Shown here in pieces: positions 14,183-50,700 of a stretch of DNA of 64,000 nucleotides. This stretch comes from Octopus vulgaris (lineage: Eukaryota): positions 114,018,001-114,082,000 of the forward strand of contig OX597815.1 of NCBI GenBank assembly GCA_951406725.2. The letters are read 5' to 3'. The notes under the pieces are model-generated. The model was not told the origin of the DNA, did not search any database, and saw only the letters and a list, made by a program, of their open reading frames with translations. The position numbers and the translations under genes were made by a program. Within the stretch, counting starts at the first letter, position 1. Each line of letters opens with the position of its first letter.

Positions 14183-14345
14183 TAATACATCAATGCCTTC
14201 AAGCTCCAGTGAAAGTACAATTAAATCACGTGACAATAGCTTCACACTCAATGCAGGTGAATCTTTAGCTGAGGCTTTTAGTGAGGAGATGCTCGCATGG
14301 TATGAAGATCAGGAATCCTCAAAGAAGCACCCAACCCTTGTTTGA
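14183..14345 (+). CDS. Terminal coding exon of an upstream plus-strand gene (NTSMPSSSSESTIKSRDNSFTLNAGESLAEAFSEEMLAWYEDQESSKKHPTLV*); class I PDZ-binding C-terminus, possibly FRMD4-like
   Basis: Strong acceptor TTTTTTTATTTCAG; 53 open codons with protein-like composition to TGA; ends T-L-V. The family guess comes from memory of a W.ED...TLV C-terminus and is unverified. Confidence 0.7.
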
Positions 14346-17300
14346 ATTTTTTCATAAACTATTATAACAAGGTTTGTTAACTGTGTCTATAATATATAAA
14401 TGAATGTATTATTGATACTATTTCACTTATCTCAGACAAAATTACAGGCATGTCTTTTACAGGTGTCGGTGCCACATAAAATGCACATGTGCTGGTGCTG
14501 CATAAATGCACCCATGCTGCTGGTGACATGTGAAAAGCACCCAGCACACTCTGTAAAGTTGTTGGCATTAGAAAGGGCACCCAGCCCTAGAAACCATGCC
14601 ACAACAGACAATTGGAGTCTGGACAGCTCCTGTCAAACTGACCATTCCGTGCCAGCATGGAAAACAGGCATTAAATGATGATGATGATACTGAAGAAACA
14701 CAATGGGTTTCTTTATGGCTTAATGAGGACAGTATCCCTAAGACTGGTCAGTAGAAAAGGAAGAAACTACTCAGGTTGTTACTAACTTTTACTTTGATCT
14801 TTGTAAGTAACCCAGCTGAAGATTACAGGCTGCAAGTAGGTCTGTTGGAGACATATCCACTGCAGGAATAGTTACTAACTAGGAAGAAAGAAGATATGAA
14901 AATCATCAGCTAATAGAATACATCCCAAAACATTATTCATGGATTAGAACCCATTGTATCTGGCAGAAGACTTAGCTGACAAAAAAAAAAAAATCATACT
15001 AATAAAGCATCTATACTCAAAGGAGTATGTAGCAACACATTACAATCCATTATTCACAGACTGAAGACTTGGTCTAACTGCTGTTCAGCAGTGGGATAGT
15101 TTTGTAGCAAACCACATGCCATATAGTATTTAGCTGAGCTAAAAATATATTACTTTTGGCATGGTTGTGTAGTTAAGAATTTTTTTGGTCAACATTTTGT
15201 GAGTGATGTTTTGTAGATAGAGAGCTTATACATCATTATCGTTTAACCGCCACTTTTTCATGCTTGCACGTGTTGGATAGAGTTTGAGGCAGATTTTCTA
15301 CAATTTGATGCCCTTCCTGTCACCAATCCTCACTTCTTTTCAAGCAAGATATTTCCCCATGGCCAGATATGTTCGCACAGAATACTGGAATTTGAATGAC
15401 ATTGCTTGTTTGACAATGACACTTGTTTACAACTATCATTGCAATGTCAAGACTAAGAGACACAAACACACTTATACATTTATATACAATGAGCTTATTT
15501 CAGTTCCTGTCTGCTGAATCCACTCAAGGCTTTCATAGGCCTAAGTGTATAGTAGAAGACATTTGCCCAAGGGTCCATGCAGTGGTATTGAACCCAGAAC
15601 CATGTGGTTGAGAAGTGTGCCTATATATGTGTGTATGCATACACACAAGTATATAAAATAGTTAAAATCTAATAATTTTATTGAGTAGAAATTGATAAAA
15701 TATGTATTAAACAAAGTGGAAGAAGTAATATAATTGACCAAAACCTTTAAGAGTTTATGATTGTTATAGTAATAAAAGCCCTAAGTCTTAGTGTTTCTAA
15801 TAATAATGAGTAGATATAAAACATTGATTTTATATATATATATATATATATATAGTAGCATTGTTGTAAAATGGTCATTTTGTTTATTTAATAGGTTAAC
15901 TGGAAAACAGGACACACAACACATGTATGAAAAGGCTGTCGATTTCCAAGATAAGAATTGAATGTTTGGACCAACTAAAATAAGAACAATCCATACAAAT
16001 TAAGTGTGGAATCAACTGATCTTTGAATCCGGAACAGAACAGTGAATAATATATTGTCTGAGAAAATATAAGGCATATATTCCATGAACATTGCCAACAA
16101 GTAGAAACAATATAACTAACACATATTGTTCTGTAATAGGGCATCTTAGTAGAGCTACAACAGTAAATTATTTATTTTCAAATACAACATTCAAGTTTGT
16201 ATCTCTCAAATACTGCAAACATACAGTCATAGGTTGGATGGAAATAACCTGGAGAAAATTAGGTTTGAAGTCTCAAGATATTTCCAGCAACAGAATTGAG
16301 AAATAACAGCCATCACTAATGTTTGTGTACATGAGCATGTGTGAGGAGGGAAGGTTTTTTTTTTTTAAATCCTTGGATCTACTCCAATTGTAGGATCTGT
16401 GGTATTTTATATTGGGAGCGTTCTAGTTCCCTAATCATGTGAAATTAGTTTATACAACTGATTATCTGGTCTTATTCCATCCACAAACCAACTCTGTGCT
16501 TCCTCTACAAGTGGTAGAAAATGCATACTTCTGGGTGTCCAATACTCCAAGAGTAATTCAATTTGTGTGCCACAACCATAGTTATACCGGAAAAAAATTT
16601 TTTTTTAGCTGTACAATTGCTAAGGACAATTTTAAATCTACATTTCTAACGGGTAAATCAACCAGCCATTGCTGGGGGCATAAAAAAAAAATCATTTTAA
16701 TCCCTTCCTCCTAATACCAGTGTTTGTCTGCAAAGCACAACCTTAATAATTTTATAAATTATGTCTATCTTTCAATTGATTTTGAAAATAATGACTTAGT
16801 AAAAAGAAAGCTTGATAAAAGGAAAGAACATACAATCCACAAAATTAATAGCAATGCAAAATCTAAAATTAGTGCTTGGTTAAAGACTATCACCAGTGAA
16901 TTCCAAATAATCCACACTTTGTAGCTTTGACTAAGTTCACCCTCCCCATAACTGCTGCAACCACACAATACAGGTGACATGATCTGACTACTTAGCAAAA
17001 TGTACAGCATTATCCCAGAATAAACAGATGTGTGGTATACCCAGAGTGTATGACATGTTGGCTACCTTTGTGCCAAAGGCTTGCTTGTACTGAGCTGATT
17101 AGGGCTACTCAACTAGAAATAGTTGATGTGTTTATAATATGACTGGTGCCGTAAAAGATAAATCGTGTTTCTGTCATACTCTAAAGCTTGAGAAATCCAA
17201 GCTAAATTACAGATTAAAATTTTAATTCTAGATAATCAATTGTAAAATTTCATTTTCTTTACATCTATTAATTGTTATTAAATGTCTATCCTGTTTATTC

Positions 17301-18836
17301 TTGGAGCAAGGAGAACTTCTGTGAATGTAAATAGAACCACAACTGTTGAGTGTTATTAAAACAGGACTTTTCCTACTGTTAAAACTAGTTAAAACACTTT
17401 ATATTTAACGAAATATTATACCTTCGTGCAATTCTCATGACATTTCTTCAATAAAATGGTTTTTAAAATTGTCTTCTTTTTTTCTTGGTTTGTATTTTGT
17501 TTCACATTTATTAATTAGGCTTAGTGCATGTGGTTTTATACAAATTTTGTAATTTGCATTTAATTTGGTTTTGGTTGATGAGCTACAGATAATATTTTGA
17601 AGATGAAACTGAACTTTAAGATCCATAATTAAATCAATAGACAAGTGAGAGTGTGTAGAATCTTTTGAGTTTGTCAGACTTGTCAGCGTGAACATTGAAG
17701 CAGCTCTGTCTTCCAAAGGGCTTCATTCATACTGCTGTTATTAATCCACTGCCACTGTGGTGAGAACTTAAGACATAAATGCACATTGTCAAGGCATATT
17801 TAGTTCTGACTGGTGGTTTAAATATCTATGGTCTTTTCTAATTCATTGTAACATGTTGCAGATGCAATTAGAGAAATGTCCTAAGCCTGAAAAAGTATTG
17901 GTTAGAATAATAAAATTTCACAAAAACAATTTAAATTAAAAGACTTTATTATTTCATCAGTCTACAAAAAAAAAATGCAATTCAACTAACCAAAATTTTT
18001 ATAACCCAATTTGATTACTTTAAGGAATTTCACTTGAGACAAAAGAAACTTTGGGCTTCAAGCACTGTAAACTTTGGACCTCTGAAAGATGGTTTTACAA
18101 CATTGCAGCATCACTTCAATATCAGTCACTCAACAGCTGAGTAAATAGATTTGGATATTTGCATGTAAGTCTTTACTCTCAAAAGATTACCTACTGTCTT
18201 TTGCAGAGATTTGGTTACTATTTCTTACAAGCCATGCAATCTTCAAAGTTGAAGTCAATGGTAAAGTAAGGGTGTATATTCTTCAGATATATATTCCATG
18301 AGATCTGGCTCTGGTTGAATAACTTTTCAGATAACTTGGTTCTTGCAAAAATTTTGGAGTTAAAGACACATGCCTGAAGTTCCAAGAATAATGAACTTAG
18401 ATGGGATAGTAATTTTATAAAAATCATTTTACAGGGAACAATGAGAAGAAGCTTGTGTTGCAAAGCTAAGGTTGGAAATGCAATGTGCATGACATGATTT
18501 CTTAGAATTAACTTAGACAATGTGGAATTTGGGAGTTGAAACATTAAATCTGTTCTAGCTGAAAACTCAAATTATTTCAATAAATAAAAATTTTTTTGTC
18601 TAATGCTGAACCTATCAAAATAAATGAAAAATAGTGCCTTTCTTTTTCTCTTCCTGATCTAGTAGACTATGTTGATGAAATGGCAAGTACAAAAGTGATT
18701 GAAACTGATTAGGTTCTAAATAAAAACTGTAAAAGCATCATAAAAATAGAGAAGCTGTCACCCACTCAAATATACATTGAATTTGCATAAATAATTTACA
18801 ATATGATTTCAAGCAGAGAGATAAAATGAATAAAAG

Positions 18837-43651
<24,815 letters not shown>

Positions 43652-44174
43652 ATTGAACACAATAAATAGCAGTAGAAACTGCTCGGCAGTAACTCGATTA
43701 TAAGTAGATTTGAAAAACAGATATGACGTCTTAGTCACGAAACAACTATAATAAAATATTAGCCGAGAAAATTAAATATAAATATTAATATAATTTTAGA
43801 CTAATTCAATTAGTGGTAAATAATTTAAAAGTTTCCACCTATTATTTTGAACTAGTCAGCAGCAGGTATATTCTCGTCTCCGCTCGACACATGTATTAAC
43901 AGACTTTCTCGACTTACACAAATACACGTACAATGTTATCTCAGGTGTAATAACTCTTTGCTTTAAAGCACTGGTTACCTGTATTATATTTCACTCAAAA
44001 TCGCTGAAAGAAACACAGAGTCTTAGTTTCTGTTTATGATATATTTACCGCCGATTTAAGAGTATTTTACGTCGTCTGCATTTTAACTTTCACCGGAACT
44101 GCTATTTTGTGGTTGGAAGTCTGTTTATAATCGTGAGGCACTGAAGAATTTACGTTTATTTGCATACGGTACTC
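43652..44174. promoter_or_regulatory. Putative bidirectional promoter and 5' UTRs shared by ATE1 and BCKDHB
   Basis: 523 bp between divergent ATGs; visibly more CpG than the surrounding introns; no recognisable repeats; CRE-like TGACGTCT at 43724-43731. Confidence 0.75.
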
Positions 44175-44316
44175 ATGACATCCAGAATGTTATTACACAA
44201 ATGTGTTCGCACACTACTCAAGGCAAAGTCACAGTCTAAATTAATGAAAGGGTATTTGCCTATTTCTAAATATGCTACATTTACCTATGTACCTGATACA
44301 GCTCCCAGAGAATACG
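44175..44316 (+). CDS. BCKDHB: BCKDHB exon 1, mitochondrial presequence ([48 protein letters not shown])
   Basis: Not in the ORF track; basic N-terminus without acidic residues; FT..PD..PREYG motif; donor G|GTAAGG; second in-frame ATG at 44187. Confidence 0.9.
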
Positions 44317-44704
44317 GTAAGGTCAACGAATGACTGAAATTTTATGTATTGGTTGTTTATTCACTTAGTTACAAAAACAAAAAAAATCATTTTTTTTAGT
44401 GCAATCTTATTTCTGCTGTTTTACCGTTTTCTTAATTCATAGGAAAATCAAATCGTTTTCGTTATTTTATTTATTGTTTTTTGGTGGGAGGGGGAATCTT
44501 AGAGAATTTTTTTTCCTAAATTCAAATTAAAGTTATTAAAGATTCAAATATAATACAAAACCACATCAAAATACTAATCTACCCCCCCCAAAAAAAAAAC
44601 ACAAACATGTGCTAAGAAAGAAAAAAAACATCAATTCAACACTAAAGTGCATCAATTGGTCGCACACCACAAGGTTCAATGGAACCTACGTGCCAACACG
44701 CTCG

Positions 44705-44770
<66 letters not shown>

Positions 44771-47700
44771 AACATTAAATCTTACAAAGAGAATAGATCC
44801 TGAAACGATCGCCCATATGTTTTAAGAAAAAAATTATTCATATCTGAATAGTAGTAGTAGTAATAATGATAATAATGATAATGAAATTGATTTCAAACCG
44901 AGACCAATGCAAAGTTGACCTCAGCACGATTTGAAATCAGAACGTAAAACATTGTAACCAGATGACGGAGACTGTTTATGTCCGAAGCTTTCTTGATTCT
45001 TCCAATTCTGTAATGTAGTAAAATAGAAGAGCAACCCGAGCTGAATTCTGTAATTTTTTGACAACATATAGAGGTGCTAGAAACAGGTGAACATAATGTG
45101 ATATTCATAACAGAGGAACCTGTGCTACCGCCGTGAAAGGTGAAGAATAAAGTTATGTTGAGGGCTAGAACTTTGACCTATGTTCCTTATTAAAGCGTCT
45201 AGTTGGAATAGAAAAAGTACTTTATAGGCTCACGATCATCTACAATAGGATGGTGGAAAATAGGGAAATTTCAAGCTCAGTAATTTGAAGATGTCATTGA
45301 ATAAGACCAAAATACTGATATTGAATAATAAGAAAAAGAAGAAAACAAAGGCTACATTTGCATTTTCTTAAGGTCATGTCTAATCAATGAATGTTTATCC
45401 ATTATCACTATTTATACTCTAGTTTCATAGATCAGACAGATCATATCGATCACATTTGTGTGTCTTAAATTGACCCTAACTGATTATTTTGTGATCTCTT
45501 TCTTAATGAAGGTCGTTATTATCTAATTTCTAAGAAATATTGTTCATTCACACGAGTAATCTTATGCTCTGGGACCTAACATGGAATAATCACGCTTGAT
45601 TAAAAATACTAATTGGAACGTGATAATTTTGGGGACATTTTCGGATTTCTACGTCTTAGATGTTTAACATGCAAAATAAAAAAAAAAGATTATTTCACCC
45701 ACCCTCATCCCAATTTAAAATTTTGATTTTGTTTACTTTAAAGAAATTGAAGCGGATTGACGAACATTTACAAATGGAAATTAGATATAGACACAAACAT
45801 TAAAGTGAAAAGAATTTGCCTTTTATTTGTGTTTGCCTTAAATCGTAAATAATGATTAAATGTAAATTAAATATATGGGGCTCAAATTTCACCCCTCCCC
45901 CAATTTTAAATTTTGAACTTTTTCATTTATTTATTTATCTGTCTAACTATTTATCCCTGGTCCTATAGAAGGCGGTGTTACTGTTATTTTGGTCCCAAGA
46001 AGATATATCTATCTATCTATGTCTGTCTGTCTCTCTCGCACGATCGAGCACCTGTTTCTTATATATATATATATATATATATCCATCTATAATATCTATC
46101 TACCTATCTATCCATCCATTCACATATTCATATGCTTATTGTATTTAAAATTTTGAAAACATGGTTTCTTGCATATTTGGAATTGCCGTCATCTAAAACA
46201 AAAGCGAAAAAAATTCGAAAGAAGTTCAAAATTTTAAATTGGGGTGGTGGGTTGAAATTAATTTTTCTTTTTTCTTTTGCATATTCGTAAATCTCTGACA
46301 TCTAAAACGTAGTAGTCCGAAAAAAAATTATTTTTTTAATGCATTTTTTAAGGAGAGGTGCGATTCTGCATTAGCTCCGAATTTTAAACATGTGGCCACA
46401 CTGCTCTACCTCCAACATTTTGCTATAGATCAAAGGTGGGGAAATCACCAGCAAAAATATATACTCGAAAATCATCATAAATGATAACTGGTCCGTTTTG
46501 GAAAGACTTCTTTTGTTCACAGTGGCACTGAACCCACCATACAGCCATGGAGGAACGCCATGCATGCTCGTTGCTAAGGGGGTACACTGGACGGCACTAT
46601 TCCCTCACTATTCAATGGTGCATCCTAAGATTTACAGTGATATACTTATTTCGAAACTCCATTTTAACATTATTACAAATCAGTACCCACCCAGAATATT
46701 CTGAAGCATACCCAGACATCAAAGTCTGGCGACGGGTCTGCGTCTTTCACATGTCTTTGTAATAGTAAACAAACTTATATTTACATAAACTGAGGGCTGA
46801 GAAAATATCTAACATACTCGTCACTGAGAAAGGAAATACTACTGAATATGGATATGAAGTTGTTAAATTACCATTAGACGTATGAATTAACTCGTATTTT
46901 ATTTTATTGACCCTCAAGAAGGTAAAAGACAAAGTAGAGACTTGGATAAGATTTGAACTTAGATTGTAAAGACACGAAACTAAACATCGCAATATATTTT
47001 GTCCAGCATTCTACTAATTCTGTCAATCATTTATACACATGTGTATATACACGCACATGTATATTTATATTTATGCGGAAAAAAACTTAAAACAATCACA
47101 CACTTATACATATATTCATAAACACCCTCATACACATGAACACACGCTTACGTTCTCTTTGTCTGATTGTCTGTCTGCCTCTCTCTCGCACGATCGAGCA
47201 CCTGTTTCTTTTACTTGTCTCAATCATTTGACTCCAGCTATGCCGGGGCACTGCCTTGAGCTTTGAAGCCGAATATTTATTCTACCAGTCTCTTTTTGCT
47301 GAACCGCTAAGTTACGGTGACATAAACACACCGACACTGGTTGTCAAGCAGTGGTGGGGGAAAAATACAGGCACAAAGACACAGATATATATATATACGA
47401 CGGATTTCTTTTAGTTTCCGTCTACCAAATCCACTCACGAGGCTTTGGTTAGCTCGAGGCTATAGTAGAAAAGAATTGGCCAAAGGTGACACTCAGTGGG
47501 ACTGAACCTGGAACTATATATGGTTGGGAAGCAAACTTGTTACCACACTGCCACATTCAGATAATTTTATTTTGTTCTAGTATTACACACTGTTACATGG
47601 TTGACTTTGGGAAGGGCGTTCGGCCATAGCAACCATGCCCACAGCTGACACTGGAACTCGGCGCAGTTCGCCAAATCTTGTCCAACCGTCCAAATCCATA

Positions 47701-50700
47701 CCAATGTCGAAATTGGACGTAAAATGATAATGGTTACTTTTACTTCTGCCAGACATTGGACTGCGGCCATGCTGTATTAGTGTTAATTTATCATTTAGTG
47801 CAATACATTGTTTTGTTTTAAGGTGGATTTTGATGTGTTCATCTGTTCTATTAGTGTTCATTTTGTTTATATAATACATTTTAAGAGTGTTTTTTGTATT
47901 TATTTTTCGGGGTCAATGCAGAATCGCAGCTCTCCTGGAAAAATGCACTTTAAAAAAAAATTTTTTTCCCTGATTCCTACGTTTTAGATGTCGGAGATTA
48001 TGAATATGAAAAAAAATATTTAATTCCCCCCCCCCCCCCCACCAAATCAAAAATTTTGAACTTCTTTCGAAATTTTTTTTTTCCTGTTTTAGTTGACGAA
48101 GATTTTGAATATGCAAGAAACCACGTTTTCAAAATTTTAAATTCAATAAGCATATGGATATATGGATGGATAGATAGATAAGTTTCTTTATTAGCCACAC
48201 AGGGCTGCACACAGATGGGACAAATTACAAGGTAGAGCTTTTCTTTTGGGGGATGAAAAAAAAAAAAGTGGCGTAGGTTTTCGATCGAGAGGGATCGTAA
48301 AAGGGAAAAAAGAAAAACAGGAAAAGAAAAGAAAAGAGGAGAAAAAAACGATCAATAGGGATCATGTATCACAGTGTCATGATGTACGGTGTAAAGGGGG
48401 AAGCAGATAAGGTTTATCCATGGGAAGAAAAGCCTACGAAAAAGACCACGGTAACCTCGGTCAATATTGTTATATGTTACCACATTTGTTTGCAAGTGGG
48501 TAACCCTCTGTTTTCAATTTCTGAGTTCATAGGATTATGCTCAAGGTGACTTCGTCATTCATACATGCCATCCTTGCTACATTCACCCATCTTTTTTTAA
48601 AACATTCGCTAGACAAAACTTGCCTCTCTACTCTCACTTTCCTTTTCAAGTGATACTTGAAGAAGTTGATGAGAGATTGACCAGAGAGGAAAGTGTTTGT
48701 CTCCAATCCTTTCAGACGCGTCCACCAGATACATTCTTTCGCCATAGCCACAAGGAAGATGAAAATAGCTCTTCCTTCTCATTTGAAGGAAGGAGGCGTG
48801 ACAATATTGACGATAGACTCAGCTGATAAACCGACTCGTCCCACACGTGACAGCAGTTTTTCGGCATAAGCCCACAGGTCGGAAATTGCTGGACACTGCA
48901 CAAGTGCGTGCAGAACAGTTTCGTCGCTCTGACCGCATCTCGGGCAGGTCAGCCCCGTGTTTCTCGAGCCGTGTCTGTAGAGCTTATCCCGAATGGGTAG
49001 CGCTTCTCGGTAGCACTGCCAGGCCAGGGATCTCTGGAAGTTGTCCATGGGCCCTGGCCCGAAAGTCGTCCCGAACAAGCGGGTCAGGTATTCCTCGTCG
49101 ACGTCCAGGTTCACCCCGAGTTCGTCGTCGTACCTCCCCTCCACTAATCCCCTATAGAATGCTTGGGTTGTGATGGAGTCACTCAAGGTCGACCCGGGAC
49201 GGCAGAGTTGCTTGAGAGCAATGCGACACTCGCGGTGCCATTCGCCCTTCCTCGGCCTCTTTTTGATCCACGACTGCAGTTTGGTCATGGAGACGAGCTG
49301 CAGGAAAGCGTGCCTCACAAACGGCAACCACACCTGTTCACCGTTGTCTACTAAGAGCCTGAGATGTCGCAGTCTCAGCGCGTGTCTGCGCATCGATAGG
49401 TAGGTAGGTAGGTAGGTCGGTCGGTCTTCCTGGGGCTAAAACAACAGTAACACTGTCTTCTATGGGACCGCCACGTTTAGTTGGCAAATACAACAACAGC
49501 ACATTTGATTATATTTTTACTATAAACAGACTCAATGTATATGTTGTTTTCTCTCACAATGCTTATATCTGAAAGTAGAGTCCTTGTATTGCTAGGAGGT
49601 TTATTTGAACTGTTCTGAATGTTGAATTTTAAAATGGTGTCTACCTTTAATATCTCAATATCTTTCAGTATGTTAGTTCTGATGAGTGTGCAAACTAAAT
49701 AACTTGTGCTTATAACTAAAACTATGTAGAACACTGCAAACATAGGCTCCTAGGGAGGACATATTGGTATTCCATGTAATTTTACTATTACATCGATATG
49801 TGTTGGGTTGCTTCTCTTGCGATGCAGAGGAAAGAAGGGGCTCCAGTTTGTGTACTTATTGATGTAATTACTTCAGAGTAGTAGACTTAATCTATTGCCC
49901 AGTTTAACACCACCATCATCTGGCACAGAGTCCACTGCTGTAAGCATGCAGGCCAGGCTCCTGGTTTGAGGATTCTTCCCTTCCTCTCTCCCTTCTAACT
50001 GTCTCAGAGATCCTGTAAGACATCATAGGAATTGCCTTCCCACCTGATTAAAAGATAAAAAATAAATAACAGATTTGTTCAGTTTAACTTTTATTTGGGT
50101 GACGTTATCTCTCTGAATAAATAGGTTTTTGTCACTGAATACAATGTTAATTTTTTAGGAATATTCATCTTCTCCATGATTATGAACATAATATTTTTAT
50201 CATGTTTACATATTTTGAAGTCATTATTTTTTAGAATTTTGTGGAGCTTGTTTAAAGGTTCCTCTTGATTATTTGTTTATTGTGTGTGGGCATCCATTAT
50301 TCATCTCAGATAAGCATTACTCTTTTACTTGTTTCAGTCATTTGACTGTGGCCATACTGGAGCACCGCTTTTAGTCGAGCAAATCGACCCCAGGACTTAT
50401 TCTTTGTAAGCCCAGTACTTATTCTATCACACTCTTTTGCCAAACTGCTAAGTTATGGGGACGTAAGTACACCAGCATTGGTTGTCAAGTGATGTTGGGG
50501 GGACAAACATATACACACACATACACACATACATATATATATGATGATATATATATATGACAGGCTTCTTTCAGTTTCCGTCTACCAAATCCACTCACAA
50601 GGCTTTGGTCAGCCCAAGGCTATAATAGAAGACACTTGCCCAAGGTGCCACGCAGTGGGACTGAACCTGGAACCATGTGGTTGATAAGCAAGCTACTTAC

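Noticed and set aside
43652-43738. N-terminal extension of ATE1 suggested by the ORF track
   Set aside because: It starts at a non-ATG codon; homology begins at MAEFSIVEY (43651).
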